A stretch of DNA of 64,000 nt, from contig DASYVD010000105.1 in NCBI GenBank assembly GCA_036000545.1, positions 7,630 to 71,629 of the forward strand. Reading direction: 5' to 3'. A model generated the notes under the pieces. The model did no database searches. It was not told where the DNA came from and worked only from the letters and a program-made list of their open reading frames with translations. Made by a program: the position numbers and the translations under genes. Source of the stretch: Actinomycetota bacterium (GTDB lineage: Bacteria; Actinomycetota; UBA4738; CALAEC01). Each line of letters begins with the position of its first letter. Positions within the stretch are counted from its first letter, which is position 1. This document shows positions 1-15,253 of the stretch, one piece after another.

Positions 1-1367
1 ATGAGCGCGTTCTGCTCGGCGTAGGGAACCTCCCGGTCGGCGATCAGCGACACCTTCTTGCATTCCGGGGCGTCGCAGATGCCGTCCTGGTTCGTGTCGT
101 ACTTGGACTGCATCATCTCCGCCTTCGCAGCCTCGACGTCACCCTGTCCGCCTTCCGACGGGTACGGGTCGTAGCCCTCGAGGACGCCGCCCAGGATGGT
201 GTCGGGGATGATGTGCCCGGCGGTGGGACCGTAAAGCTCGCCCCCTCGGGTCCGGCGGAGGCCGTCCTTGTCGATGACGAAGTTCATGGCCTTGCGCACG
301 TGGACGTCGTCGAACGGCGGCTCGGCGATGTTCATCGACAGGTACCGGAGGCCGTCGGTCGCATTGACCTTGAGCTGCTCCTTGAGCTCCGGGTCGGTGG
401 CGTACTGCTGGAGGAGGTCCGCCGGCACGACGCCGTCGTACACGTAGTCGATCTCGCCTGCCTCCCACTTGTTGAAGTTGACGTCGCTGCTCTCGTTGAT
501 CTGAACCTCGACGCCGTCCAGGTAGGCGCTCCGGAGATCGTCGGTATCGGCGTTCCACGACGGGTTCTGCTCCAGCAGCCACGACCGCCCAGGGTCGTAG
601 CCCGCGACGGGCTTCTGCTGCTTGGCTGGAACCGAGAAGTCGAGCTGGTCCGACCCTTCGAACATGTAGGGTCCCGATGCCACCAGGAACCGCCCGTAGT
701 CCTTGTCGTGGCCCTCTGCCGCTCCCTCCGGGATCGGGGCCATTGCCGGCATGGCCATCCGCAGCGGGAAGTCCCCGGCAGGCTCGGTCAGGGTGATCAC
801 CAGGGTCTTGTCGTCCGGCGTCTGGACTCCGGAGATGGAGTCGGCGTCCCCGGCAGCGAACTCCTGGATCCCCTCGATGAGGGAGTCACCGTTGGAGTTG
901 TCCGTGTAATAGAAGGCATAGCCACCCTCGTGGCACACGGAGCAGGTCTCCCGCTCGATGGCCCGGACGAAGTCCGCCGAAGTGATCTCCACGTCCTCGA
1001 AGGGCGGGGCGAACGTCACCCCGTCCTTGATGGTGAACGTGTAGGTCAGGCCGTCATCGGAGACCTCCGGGAGGTCCGTGGCCAGGTCTGGCTGAACCTC
1101 GCTGCCGCCCTCGTCCGCGTCGAGCCCGTTGTACTGGAGCAAGGTCCGGAGGAGGCAACAGTTGAAGATCGACCAGGCGAGCTGGGAGTACTCCTTGGCC
1201 GGGTCGAAGGCGTTGTCCACGTCCGCCGAGATGCCCATCTTGATGACCCCGCCGGCCTTGATGTCCCCGCCTGGCTGCGGCTGCTCCTCGGCCTCTTGGG
1301 CACAGCCCGCCGCCAGGACGGCCAGCACCCCGACCAGGGCCACCAGCCTGAGATATCGTCGAATCAC
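1..1367 (-). CDS. ABC transporter substrate-binding protein, family 5 (peptide/nickel type); start in window, 3' end cut by left edge
   Basis: Hand translation of the minus strand from GTG at 1367 (GAGGGGGA Shine-Dalgarno ~6 nt upstream) gives VIRRYLRLVALVGVLAVLAAGCAQE... (signal peptide ending in Cys). It continues ...LTYTFTIKDGVTFAPPF...LRYLSMNIAEPPFDDVHVRKAMNFVIDKDG..., typical of family-5 solute-binding proteins. It is absent from the ORF track because it is truncated; track ORF 213..1559(+) is its antisense shadow. Confidence 0.8.
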   Translation of the reverse strand, partial: MIRRYLRLVALVGVLAVLAAGCAQEAEEQPQPGGDIKAGGVIKMGISADVDNAFDPAKEYSQLAWSIFNCCLLRTLLQYNGLDADEGGSEVQPDLATDLPEVSDDGLTYTFTIKDGVTFAPPFEDVEITSADFVRAIERETCSVCHEGGYAFYYTDNSNGDSLIEGIQEFAAGDADSISGVQTPDDKTLVITLTEPAGDFPLRMAMPAMAPIPEGAAEGHDKDYGRFLVASGPYMFEGSDQLDFSVPAKQQKPVAGYDPGRSWLLEQNPSWNADTDDLRSAYLDGVEVQINESSDVNFNKWEAGEIDYVYDGVVPADLLQQYATDPELKEQLKVNATDGLRYLSMNIAEPPFDDVHVRKAMNFVIDKDGLRRTRGGELYGPTAGHIIPDTILGGVLEGYDPYPSEGGQGDVEAAKAEMMQSKYDTNQDGICDAPECKKVSLIADREVPYAEQNAL

Positions 1368-1503
1368 GTCATTCCCCCTCTCTTGGCGTACCCGTCAGGA
1401 CCTGTCGCTTCAGCGTCTCCCTCCTTTCTCTTTCTGTCTCTTTCTGCCTCCCGTTCCATCGTTTCCTTCACGTTCTTACGCGCCTTGGGCAGGGATTCGA
1501 TCG

Positions 1504-2493
1504 CTACCTGCCCGTCCGGGGATCGAGGGCGTCCCGCAGCCCGTCGCCCACCAGGTTGAACGCCAGCGTGGTCATGAAAAGGAAGAGCCCTGGGAACAGC
1601 ATCATCCACCAGGCAACGGTGAAGATCCTTCCCCCCGCGTCGGCCAGCATCGCCCCCCACGAGGGCGTGGTGGAAGGCACCCCCAGGCCAAGGAACGACA
1701 GGGCCGCTTCGAACAGGATGTTGTTCGGGATGATCAGGGTGGTGTAGACGATGATCGGGGCCACCACGTTTGGGAGGATCTCCCGTCTGACGATTCTCAA
1801 ATCGCCCGCCCCCACGGCCCTGGCGGACTCGACGAACTCCTTCTCACGGAGGGACAGGACCTGACCTCGAACGATCCTGGCGATGTACGGCCAGTTGAAG
1901 AGCCCGATCACGAAGCTGACCAGGAAGAGCCCGGGCCGAAGGAGCCCGTACAGGCAACCCCCTTGGCTGGCCCCGCAGGCCCCGACGAGGCCCACGGCCA
2001 GCAGGAGGATCGGCATCGACATCACGACGTCGGTTGTTCGGGACAGGAACGTGTCCACCTTCCCCCTGAAGTAGCCGGCCAGCAGCCCGACGATCACCCC
2101 GATCACCAGCGACATGCCGGTGGCGAAGAACGCCACGATCAGCGACGTCCGGGCGCCGTACATCACCCGGACGAACAGGTCCCGGCCGGCCCTGTCGGCC
2201 CCGAACCAGAAGGTGCCGTTCGGGCCCTTGGGGAGGCCGAAGATGTCTGTCATCTCTCGCAAGAAGACCTGATTCGGCCCGTGGCCGACCAGCTTGCCGA
2301 TGAGCGGGGCGAACAGCGCGGCGAAGAGGATGAGAACGATCAGAACGATACCGGCGAACGCCAGCCGGTCCCTGCGGAAGCGGCGCCAGAACAACTCCCA
2401 TGGGCTCCGTCCGACGATCGGCTCTGCGCCGGGGCCGCCCAGGAAGCCGGCTGGCTCACCGCCAACTCTTGCCTCGCTCTGGACTTGAGCCAC
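1504..2493 (-). CDS. ABC transporter permease, OppC/DppC type
   Basis: The 329-aa track ORF has an OppC/DppC-like N-terminus (PWELFWRRFRRDRLAFAGIVLIVLILFAALFAPLI). It has multiple transmembrane (TM) segments and a conserved permease loop (ESARAVGAGDLRIVRREILPNV). It lies directly upstream of the binding-protein gene. Confidence 0.85.
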   Translation of the reverse strand: MAQVQSEARVGGEPAGFLGGPGAEPIVGRSPWELFWRRFRRDRLAFAGIVLIVLILFAALFAPLIGKLVGHGPNQVFLREMTDIFGLPKGPNGTFWFGADRAGRDLFVRVMYGARTSLIVAFFATGMSLVIGVIVGLLAGYFRGKVDTFLSRTTDVVMSMPILLLAVGLVGACGASQGGCLYGLLRPGLFLVSFVIGLFNWPYIARIVRGQVLSLREKEFVESARAVGAGDLRIVRREILPNVVAPIIVYTTLIIPNNILFEAALSFLGLGVPSTTPSWGAMLADAGGRIFTVAWWMMLFPGLFLFMTTLAFNLVGDGLRDALDPRTGR

Positions 2494-2602
2494 TCACATC
2501 CCCTCTGCTACCCGGGCAGGGATAGTAGTCGGGCACCCGGGCCCCCGCAACAGCGCCTCTATTCACTGAGTATTACGAGCAATGCGGGGGGATGGGATTC
2601 TC

Positions 2603-3376
2603 TCAGTGCTTCACGATAAGGGCGAACTCCTCGGCATCCAGGCTGGCCCCACCGACCAGCGCGCCGTCGATCTCTGGGTGGGCCATGAATTCCCTGATGT
2701 TCCCAGCTTTCACGCTGCCCCCGTACTGAACCCGGACGGCCTCGGCCACGTCGGCGGAATAGGCCGTCTCCAGGGTGTCTCGGATGGTCCGAACGACCTC
2801 CCCCGCGTCGGCCGGGTTGCAGGGCCGGCCGGTCCCGATGGCCCAAACGGGTTCGTAGGCGACGACCAGACGGCTGGCGTCTTCGGGGCCGACCTTCCTC
2901 AGGGCCTCGTGGACCTGGCCGACGACCTTCTCCTCGGTCCGGCCGCTCTCCCGCTCCTCCAGGGTCTCTCCGACGCAGAGGATGGGCGCCATTCCGTGGT
3001 CGAACACCGCCCGGGTCTTCCTGGCCACCTGTTCGTCGGTCTCCCCGAAATGCTCCCTCCGCTCGGAGTGGCCCACGATCACGTACGCCACGTCGAGAGC
3101 GGCCAGCATGGACGGGGAGATCGCCCCGGTGAACGCCCCCTTCTCCTCCCAGTGGACGTCCTGAGCCCCCAGCTCGAACGAGAGCCGGTCGGCCTGGATG
3201 AGGGTCTGCACGCTCCGCAACGCCGTGAATGGCGGACAGATCACGACCTCGACCCGGTCGGTGTCCCCGGCGTCCAGGAGGTAGCCGAGCTTCTGGACGG
3301 TCTGGATCGCCTCGAGGTGGGTCTTGTGCATCTTCCAGTTGGCGGCCACGATCGACCGCCGCGTCGCCCCGGCCAT
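2603..3376 (-). CDS. tpiA: triosephosphate isomerase
   Basis: The last 257 aa of track ORF 2603..4255 read MAGATRRSIVAANWKMHK...VIVGHSERR...AYEPVWAIGTG, which are TIM signatures. The ATG at 3376 overlaps the pgk stop (TAATG). The Arg-rich upstream part of the ORF is read-through over pgk. Confidence 0.95.
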   Translation of the reverse strand: MAGATRRSIVAANWKMHKTHLEAIQTVQKLGYLLDAGDTDRVEVVICPPFTALRSVQTLIQADRLSFELGAQDVHWEEKGAFTGAISPSMLAALDVAYVIVGHSERREHFGETDEQVARKTRAVFDHGMAPILCVGETLEERESGRTEEKVVGQVHEALRKVGPEDASRLVVAYEPVWAIGTGRPCNPADAGEVVRTIRDTLETAYSADVAEAVRVQYGGSVKAGNIREFMAHPEIDGALVGGASLDAEEFALIVKH

Positions 3377-4566
3377 TAGGCCTCCTCCATGAGCACGGCC
3401 ACGCCGGGGAGCTCCTTGCCCTCCAGGAATTCGAGGGAGGCGCCGCCGCCCGTGGAGAGGTGGTCGACCGAGTCCTCGAAGCCGAGGCGGCGGATCGCCG
3501 CCACGCTGTCGCCTCCGCCGACCACGGTGAACGCCTTGGCGCCGGCCACGGCCTGGGCCACGCCTCGGGTCCCCAGAGAGAAGGGCTCCAGCTCGAACAC
3601 CCCCATGGGCCCGTTCCAGAAGATCGTCTTGGCGTCGGCCAGCACCCGGGCGAACTCCTCCACCGTCCGGGGGCCGACGTCGAGTCCCTTGAGACCTTTG
3701 GGGATGCGATCGGCGGGAACGGTCTCCTTCCGGGCCGAGACATCCGCCTCGGACGCCACTACGGCGTCCTCGGGGAGCAGTACCGGGACCCCCTTCTGCT
3801 CGGCCAGCTTCAGGGTCTCTCCGACCTCGTCGAGCCGATCCTCCTCGACCAGGGAGTCCCCCACCTCCCCGCCCTGAGCGGCGATGAACGTGAACGCCAT
3901 GGCTCCCCCCACGAGCAGGGCGTCCACGCGATCGAGAAGAGAACGAACCACTCCGAGCTTGTCCGATATCTTCACCCCTCCCAGGACGGCCACGAAAGGC
4001 TCCTCGGGCTTCTCGAGGAGGCGAGAGAGAACCTCGACCTCCTTCCGCATGAGCAGCCCGGCGGCGCTCGGGAGGCGCTCGGCCACGCCCACCACGGAGG
4101 CGTGGGCGCGGTGGGCGGCCCCAAACGCGTCGTCGACGTAGGCGTCCGCAAGCGACGCGAGGGCGTCGGCGAACGCGGGGTCGTTGGCCTCCTCCCCGGG
4201 GTCGAAGCGGAGGTTCTCCAGGAGGGCCACGTCGCCCTGCCCCAGGGCGGCGCACGCCTGACTCACGGCGTCACCGGTGACCTCATCGAGCTTTCGGACC
4301 GGGAACCGGGCGAGCTCCTCCAATCGTGCCGCCACGGGATCCATGCGCAGGTCCTCCACCGGCTTCCCCTTCGGCCGGCCGAGGTGGCTGGCGAGCACCA
4401 GGGCGGCGCCGCCTTCGATGAGGTTCTCGATGGTCGGCACCGTGGCGGTGATGCGGAGGTCGTCGGTGACCTTCCCGTCCTCGAGCGGGACGTTGAAGTC
4501 GACGCGGACGAAGACCCGGCGCCCGTTCAGGTCACCTAGGTCCTGGATGGTCTGGAGCCGCCTCAC
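3376..4566 (-). CDS. pgk: phosphoglycerate kinase
   Basis: 396 aa; N-terminus RRVFVRVDFNVPLEDGKVTDDLRI and C-terminal STGGGASLEFLEGKELPG are classic PGK motifs. It sits in a gap-pgk-tpiA order. Confidence 0.97.
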   Translation of the reverse strand: MRRLQTIQDLGDLNGRRVFVRVDFNVPLEDGKVTDDLRITATVPTIENLIEGGAALVLASHLGRPKGKPVEDLRMDPVAARLEELARFPVRKLDEVTGDAVSQACAALGQGDVALLENLRFDPGEEANDPAFADALASLADAYVDDAFGAAHRAHASVVGVAERLPSAAGLLMRKEVEVLSRLLEKPEEPFVAVLGGVKISDKLGVVRSLLDRVDALLVGGAMAFTFIAAQGGEVGDSLVEEDRLDEVGETLKLAEQKGVPVLLPEDAVVASEADVSARKETVPADRIPKGLKGLDVGPRTVEEFARVLADAKTIFWNGPMGVFELEPFSLGTRGVAQAVAGAKAFTVVGGGDSVAAIRRLGFEDSVDHLSTGGGASLEFLEGKELPGVAVLMEEA

Positions 4567-4570
4567 GCTG

Positions 4571-6612
<2,042 letters not shown>

Positions 6613-6637
6613 CCCTGCACGCTCCCGCTCCGCTCCG

Positions 6638-8542
6638 TCATGCGGGTCTGGCCTCCCTCGAAGGGTTCTCGACCCGCATCGGAGAAGCCTGCGCCGACCG
6701 CAACCGGGTCACGATCTGCCGGGCCAGCGCGGGGCCCACCCCCGGGGTCGTGGCTACCTCCTCCTGGGTCGCCGCGGCCAGCCGGGCCAGGGAACCGAAC
6801 CGTCGAAGGAGCGCCTTCTTCCGCGAGGGCCCGATCCCCGGCACGTCGTCGAGAGGCGAGGCCAGAGACCGCCGGGCTCGCTTCTTCCGATGGTACTCGA
6901 CGGCGAAGCGATGCGCCTCGTCTCGGAGGTGCTGGAGGAGGAACAAGGACTCGGCGCCCCGGGGGAAGACCAGCGGCTGGGGCTGCCCGGGCAGGTACAC
7001 CTCCTCGAGCCGCTTGGCCAGCCCGATCGCCGGGATGTCCAGCCCGAGGTCGGAGAGGACCCGGATGGCCACGTTCAGCTGGCCCCGTCCGCCGTCCACC
7101 ACGACCAGAGCCGGTGGGTAGGAGAATCGCCTTCGCTTCTCCGCAGGCTCGTCTCGGTCCTTCAGGTACCGGGTGAACCGTCGGTGGAGCATCTCCTCCA
7201 TGCTGGCGAAATCGTCCTGTCCGGGGACTCCCTTGATCTCGAACCGTCGGTAACCCGACCGCTTGGGCAGGCCGTCCTCGAACACGACCATCGAACCCAC
7301 CGTTGCGGTGGGGCCGAGGTTCGAGACGTCGAAGGCCTCGATTCGCAGTGGGGGCTCGGCCAGGCCCAGCGTGACGCCGAGCTCGGCCAGGGCTCGCGAG
7401 CGGGCCGCGAAATCCTGTGCTCGCTTCAACTTGTGGCGGATGAAGGCCTCCTTGGCGTTCGTGGTAACCACCTCGAGGAGCCGTCGCTTGTCGCCCCGGG
7501 CAGGGACCGCGATCGACACCCGCCCGTCTCGGCGGGCCGACAGCCACTCCTCCAGCACGTTCCGATCCAGCGGCCACGCGGGTACGAGCACTCGGGGCGG
7601 AACCTCGTCGCGGTCCATGTACAGCTCCCGGACGAAGGACGATACGAGCTGGGACGTGTCGAGGGCCTCCACCTTGTCCACCACCCAGCCCCGTCGTCCG
7701 GTGACCCGTCCCCGGCGCACGAAGAACACCTGGAACGCGGCCTCCAGGTCGTCCTCCGCCAGGCCCACCACGTCGAGGTCCTCCGGGCGGGGGAAGGCCA
7801 TCTCCTGCTGCTCGAGCGCCCTGTGGGCGGCCTGGACCCGGTCGCGATATCGGGCGGCGAGCTCGAACTCCTGGCGCTCCGAAGCGGCGCGCATCTCCCT
7901 CTCCAGTTCGCGCAGGACCGGCCGGTGGTTTCCCGCCAGGAAGTCCACCAGGCCGTCGACGATCCGGCGGTACCCCTCGTCGGTCACGCCGGTCTTCCCC
8001 GGCACGCACGGCCCCGCGCACCGGCCGATGTCGTAGTAGAGGCACGGCCGGCGGGCCCGGCGGCGCTGCTCGAAGAACCCATCCGAGCAGGTCCGGATGG
8101 GGAACACGCGGGTCAGCGAGTCGAGGGTCTTGCGGATGGCGTAGGCGTGACCGAATGGTCCGAAGAACCGGACGCCCTTTCGGCGTCGACCCCGCATCAC
8201 GTGAGCTCGGGGCCACCGCTCCCCCACCGTCACGGCCAGGTAGGGATAGGACTTGTCGTCGCGGTACCGGACGTTGAACCGGGGGTGGTGCTGCTTGATC
8301 AGGTTGTATTCGAGCATCAGGGCGTCGACCTCGCCCGATGCCACGATCCACTCGACGGTCTCCGCTTGGGCCATCATGGCCTCGGTTCGGGGGTGGAGCG
8401 GCCCGGACCAGTAGGCCGGGAGGCGCTTCTTGATCGACTTGGCCTTACCGACGTAGATGACCCGTCCCTCGCCATCACGGAAGAAGTAGGCGCCAGGGGA
8501 ATCGGGGACCGTGCCGAGGTCGGGGCGTGCCACGAGGCCCAT
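6638..8542 (-). CDS. uvrC: excinuclease ABC subunit C
   Basis: 634 aa; GIY-YIG N-terminus (PGAYFFRDGEGRVIYVGKAKSIKKRL), a UVR domain and a C-terminal endonuclease/HhH region (PGIGPSRKKALLRRFGS). Confidence 0.96.
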   Translation of the reverse strand: MGLVARPDLGTVPDSPGAYFFRDGEGRVIYVGKAKSIKKRLPAYWSGPLHPRTEAMMAQAETVEWIVASGEVDALMLEYNLIKQHHPRFNVRYRDDKSYPYLAVTVGERWPRAHVMRGRRRKGVRFFGPFGHAYAIRKTLDSLTRVFPIRTCSDGFFEQRRRARRPCLYYDIGRCAGPCVPGKTGVTDEGYRRIVDGLVDFLAGNHRPVLRELEREMRAASERQEFELAARYRDRVQAAHRALEQQEMAFPRPEDLDVVGLAEDDLEAAFQVFFVRRGRVTGRRGWVVDKVEALDTSQLVSSFVRELYMDRDEVPPRVLVPAWPLDRNVLEEWLSARRDGRVSIAVPARGDKRRLLEVVTTNAKEAFIRHKLKRAQDFAARSRALAELGVTLGLAEPPLRIEAFDVSNLGPTATVGSMVVFEDGLPKRSGYRRFEIKGVPGQDDFASMEEMLHRRFTRYLKDRDEPAEKRRRFSYPPALVVVDGGRGQLNVAIRVLSDLGLDIPAIGLAKRLEEVYLPGQPQPLVFPRGAESLFLLQHLRDEAHRFAVEYHRKKRARRSLASPLDDVPGIGPSRKKALLRRFGSLARLAAATQEEVATTPGVGPALARQIVTRLRSAQASPMRVENPSREARPA

Positions 8543-8612
8543 CGGGACTCCATTGTAGGCCAGCGGGGCAAGGCCGGCCGGTGAACGACGGGTTAGGGCG
8601 TGGTGAACGACC

Positions 8613-10199
8613 TCATTGCACCACGAAGGTCCCGGTCATGGTAGTCGGGTGGAAGTCGCAGCGGTAGAAGAACTGTCCCGGTTCGTCGATTGGATCGACC
8701 TCGTAGGTTGTCGACTCGCCTGCCGGGATCGGCTCTCCAGGGGTTCCACCGCCGAGGTGCTCGCTGGCGGACTCGTCCGCGTACAGCGCCCAGTTGTGCA
8801 CTGTTGAGTCATCGTTGGTGAACTCCACCGTGAACGCTTCCCCGGCCGGCGCGGCCAGGCAGGTCTGGTCGAAGCCGGTGCCGATCGCGCCCGGCGGAGC
8901 GGCGATGGTCAAGGTCGTGCCGCTCGGCTCGCAGGGCGGGGGACCCGTGGGCTGCCCGGTCGGCTGAACGCCCGTCGGTGATGGCTGCGGCACCGCGAGC
9001 AGCGGCTCCCGGTCGGAACGGATCGACAGGACCAGCCCGGAACCTCGTGGCTCGAACCAGGCCAGATACACGGTTCCCTGGGCACCCGCCCCGATTCGGG
9101 GGAGCTCGGCGCTCTCGGTCCCCGGCACCTCCTCCGGTCTGAACTCGCCACCCTCGTTGCTGGCGTATGAGAGGCCCGCGCGGGTCTGCCAGGCAACGTG
9201 GTGGACCCCCTGGTCATCGACGGCGATCGAGGTCGGGCCGTCGGCGCCGTCGCCGACCTGGCTCACCTCCCAGGGCCCCCCACTTATGGAGTGGGCGTGC
9301 TTCACTTGGCCCTCCGAGGTGGAGTAGGCAAGGTGCGGGTTCCGTTGCTTGTCGACGTCGATGCTCACGCCGATCCCACCGCGCTCGTCGACGACCTCCG
9401 AAGACCAGGTCGCCCCGGACGAACCGGCCACCATGGTGCGTCCCGAGTCGCCATAGGCCACGAGGATGGCGCTCCCGACGAAGCCGATGGCCGTTCCTGA
9501 CTGGTGGCCACGGCCGGCCTCGGCAGCTGTTTGCACTGCCCAGCCGCCGGCGCGGTGGAAGGCCACGCGAACGAGCGATCCCGCTTCTGCACCGGCCTGG
9601 AGGAAGGAGATGGCCACTCCGGCCCCCGGTTCGGCGATCAGCGAGACGCCGCCCAGCACGTCGGAGGCAACCTCCTCGGGCTTCGAGAACTCCGCGCCTC
9701 CAGCGTTGTTGGAATAGTAGAGGGCGTCTTCTTCGGTCCAGGCCACGTGGTGGACCCCCTCGCCGTCCACGACGATGGCCGTCTCATCGCCTCCTCCCAG
9801 CCCCTTCTGATCGTCGGCCACAACGCTTCGGGTCCACAGCCCCTGGATCAAGTGAGCATGCCTGACCGCGGGGAGCTTGGGCGCGTTGGGATCCTCCTGC
9901 TTGGGCGTCCCTCCCGGCGCCTTGCTCTCGAACGCGAGGTAGGCGAGGTGAGGGTTACCGTCGGCGTCGATCGCCAGCGAGACCCCGCGGCCAGCGGCGT
10001 CCTCGAAGTCCACGACCTGCGGGACGAACACGTCCTCGGTCGGGCCGGATCTGACCACGATCCCCCCTCCGCCGCAGGCCGCGCCCGCGAGCGTCAGGAC
10101 CGTGATCAGAGGGAGGGCCTTACGTCGCACAGCGCCGTCGTTTCTATCACGATGTTCATGGGGCCGGCGAATCCTCGGGAGGTGAGCCGGTCTCGACAT
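8613..10199 (-). CDS. secreted/possibly lipid-anchored protein: repeat (beta-propeller-like) region fused to a C-terminal type-1 copper cupredoxin domain
   Basis: A signal-like segment (RRKALPLITVLTLAGAACGGGG) is followed by repeated blades: DADGNPHLAYL, DGEGVHHVAWTE, DKQRNPHLAYST, DDQGVHHVAWQT, GTVYLAWFE. The C-terminus is FTVEFTNDDSTVHNWAL...FFYRCDFHPTTMTGTFVV, giving His/Cys/His/Met blue-copper ligands. An alternative GTG start lies at ~10130. Confidence 0.6.
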   Translation of the reverse strand: MSRPAHLPRIRRPHEHRDRNDGAVRRKALPLITVLTLAGAACGGGGIVVRSGPTEDVFVPQVVDFEDAAGRGVSLAIDADGNPHLAYLAFESKAPGGTPKQEDPNAPKLPAVRHAHLIQGLWTRSVVADDQKGLGGGDETAIVVDGEGVHHVAWTEEDALYYSNNAGGAEFSKPEEVASDVLGGVSLIAEPGAGVAISFLQAGAEAGSLVRVAFHRAGGWAVQTAAEAGRGHQSGTAIGFVGSAILVAYGDSGRTMVAGSSGATWSSEVVDERGGIGVSIDVDKQRNPHLAYSTSEGQVKHAHSISGGPWEVSQVGDGADGPTSIAVDDQGVHHVAWQTRAGLSYASNEGGEFRPEEVPGTESAELPRIGAGAQGTVYLAWFEPRGSGLVLSIRSDREPLLAVPQPSPTGVQPTGQPTGPPPCEPSGTTLTIAAPPGAIGTGFDQTCLAAPAGEAFTVEFTNDDSTVHNWALYADESASEHLGGGTPGEPIPAGESTTYEVDPIDEPGQFFYRCDFHPTTMTGTFVVQ

Positions 10200-10202
10200 T
10201 CC

Positions 10203-13076
<2,874 letters not shown>

Positions 13077-13234
13077 TCTAGCGAGGCGTGTCACGAAGGC
13101 TCGGGGGCCGGAGGGCTCGGGGCTCCCTCCTTCCCTTCCTGGGCCCAGCTCCTTCCCCTCGCCCAGCCCTCGGAAGCCCCGTCGCCCTCTCATCCCCGCG
13201 CCGGCCCAACCGAATCTCCTGCCCCTCGCCATCT

Positions 13235-15253
13235 ATGCTGCTCTCCATGGACAGAGATCTGCGAGAGACACCCCTGTACAAGGAGATCGAGAAGCACTTC
13301 CGCAAAGCCCTGGGCCCGGCGTTCGGCCGGATCTCGGCCGGCTTCGATCCGCAGCCCTCGCCCGACGGGCGGTTGGTGGCCTTCACCGGCACCCGACTGG
13401 AGGAGCTGGAAGGAGCCGCCCAGCCCCGGATCTGTTTGGTCGACCTGGAGGACAGGCGGATCGAGGAGGTCACCCACGGACCCAACAGCGATTCGATGCC
13501 TCGGTGGTCGCCCGACGGCCGCCGCCTGGCGTTCCTCTCCGACCGTGAGCGGAAAGGGCTCTCGCAGCTCTACCTGCTCGACCTCGACCGGATCGGGGAG
13601 GCCAGACCGGGACCGGTCGTTGATGGGACGGTCGAGTACCTGGACTGGTCGCCGGACGGCGCTCGGATCCTCCTGGGAACGATCGGCTTCGGGGGCGACC
13701 GGGGTGTCGCCCAGGGCTCTGGGATCGTTGAGGCCGAGGACGAGGACAGGCCTTCCTGGCTTCCCGTGGTCCAGTCCCCGGAGGACCCTGGTCGCTGGAG
13801 ACGGTTGCACGTCGTGGATCTGGAGTCGGGAGACGTCCGTCCTGCATCCCGAGAGGGCCTGAACGTGTGGGAGGCCGCCTGGTGCGGCTCGGACGCCATC
13901 GCCGCGGTGGTGTCCGAGGACCCCGAAGAGAGCGCGTGGTTCGGCGCCAGCGTGGCGCTGCTGGACGTCGCCTCGGGCGAGGAGAGGGTCCTCTACCGGA
14001 GCGGGCGAGGGGATCGGCAGATGGGCCTTCCGGCCGCCTCCCCGAGCGGACGGCACCTGGCCGTCGTCCAGGCGCTGGCCAGCGACCGGGGCTTCCTGGC
14101 TGGAGACATCCTGTTGATCGATCCGGAAACCGGAGAAGCGACCCCCACGGAGACGCTGAGGGCTGACGTGACTCACATGACGTGGCGGAACGAGGAGCAT
14201 CTGTTCTTCGCCGGTGGGCGGGGCCTGGAGACCCTGGCGGGCGAGATCGACGCCGACAGCCTCGAGTCGCGGGAGCTGTGGGCGGGCACAGAGTCTCTGG
14301 GTTCCCGGGACCCGCAAGCCGCTCCGCTCGGCGATGACGCATTCGTGGCGTTCCTGGAGTCCTTCGAGCGGCCTCCCGAGCTGGCCGTGTTCCGGAACGG
14401 GAAGCCCGAGACGGTCGCGTCCTTCGCGCACGACGGTACGAGCTATCTGTCCGAGGTGGCGGGGAGGCTCGAGCCTGTGTCGTGGAGCGCGCCTGACGCG
14501 ATGGACATCGAGGGTCTCCTGGCTACCCCGGAGGGGCCCGGGCCATATCCACTGGTGGCGTTCGTCCACGGTGGGCCGATCGGCCGCTACCAGGATCACT
14601 GGAGCATGGGCTACGCCTTCACCCCCCTGCTGGTATCGAGGGGGTACGCCGTGTTCCATCCCAATCCCCGGGGCAGCACCGGGCGGGGCCAGGCGTTCGC
14701 GGAGCTCGTGGTCGGTGACATGGGCGGCGGGGACGCCGGTGACGTTCTGGCGGGCATCGACGCGCTCGTCGAGCGAGGGATGGCAGACCCCGAACGCCTT
14801 GGCGTGCTCGGAGGATCGTACGGAGGGTTCATGGCGGCGTGGCTGCCAACCCAGACCGACCGCTTCGCGGCCTCCGTTTCGCTCTCCCCCGTCACCGACT
14901 GGTACAGCGAGCATTGGAACAGCAACATTGGGCGCTGGGACCGGGAGTTCCTCCGGGCGGATCCCTCCACGCCGGGCGGCCCTTACTTCGACCGCAGCCC
15001 CGTCATGCTGGCGTCACGGGTGCGAACCCCCATGCTCCTGACCGCGGGACTGGTCGATCGCTGCACCCCGCCGGGGCAGGCCTGGGAGATGTACCGAGCG
15101 CTCCGGGAGCACGGAGTTCCCTCGGAGATCGCGATCTATCCGGAAGAAGGGCACGGGGTTCGCACGTATCCGGGGTATATTGACTGGTGCGCCCGGATGG
15201 TGGGCTGGTTCGAGCGGTGGATGCCGGCCCGGGGAAGGTTGGGCTCCGCCTAG
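13235..15253 (+). CDS. S9 family serine peptidase (prolyl oligopeptidase / acylaminoacyl-peptidase type) with N-terminal beta-propeller
   Basis: WSPDG-type propeller repeats ([36 protein letters not shown]). The nucleophile elbow is [11 protein letters not shown] and the C-terminal catalytic region includes EEGHGV. The start was moved to the ATG at 13235 (MLLSMDRDL...). Confidence 0.85.
   Translation: MLLSMDRDLRETPLYKEIEKHFRKALGPAFGRISAGFDPQPSPDGRLVAFTGTRLEELEGAAQPRICLVDLEDRRIEEVTHGPNSDSMPRWSPDGRRLAFLSDRERKGLSQLYLLDLDRIGEARPGPVVDGTVEYLDWSPDGARILLGTIGFGGDRGVAQGSGIVEAEDEDRPSWLPVVQSPEDPGRWRRLHVVDLESGDVRPASREGLNVWEAAWCGSDAIAAVVSEDPEESAWFGASVALLDVASGEERVLYRSGRGDRQMGLPAASPSGRHLAVVQALASDRGFLAGDILLIDPETGEATPTETLRADVTHMTWRNEEHLFFAGGRGLETLAGEIDADSLESRELWAGTESLGSRDPQAAPLGDDAFVAFLESFERPPELAVFRNGKPETVASFAHDGTSYLSEVAGRLEPVSWSAPDAMDIEGLLATPEGPGPYPLVAFVHGGPIGRYQDHWSMGYAFTPLLVSRGYAVFHPNPRGSTGRGQAFAELVVGDMGGGDAGDVLAGIDALVERGMADPERLGVLGGSYGGFMAAWLPTQTDRFAASVSLSPVTDWYSEHWNSNIGRWDREFLRADPSTPGGPYFDRSPVMLASRVRTPMLLTAGLVDRCTPPGQAWEMYRALREHGVPSEIAIYPEEGHGVRTYPGYIDWCARMVGWFERWMPARGRLGSA

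Noticed and set aside
213-1559. 448-aa plus-strand ORF
   Set aside because: Its composition (runs of L/V/D/G/R/H) and position show it is the antisense shadow of the minus-strand family-5 binding-protein gene, which has clear family motifs.
3377-4255. N-terminal 293 codons of track ORF 2603..4255
   Set aside because: An Arg-rich read-through overlapping pgk in another frame. The TIM homology begins at the ATG at 3376.
13077-13234. LexA (GAAC-N4-GTTC) boxes upstream of uvrA, and likewise upstream of uvrB and dnaE
   Set aside because: No match was found by eye in any of the three upstream regions.
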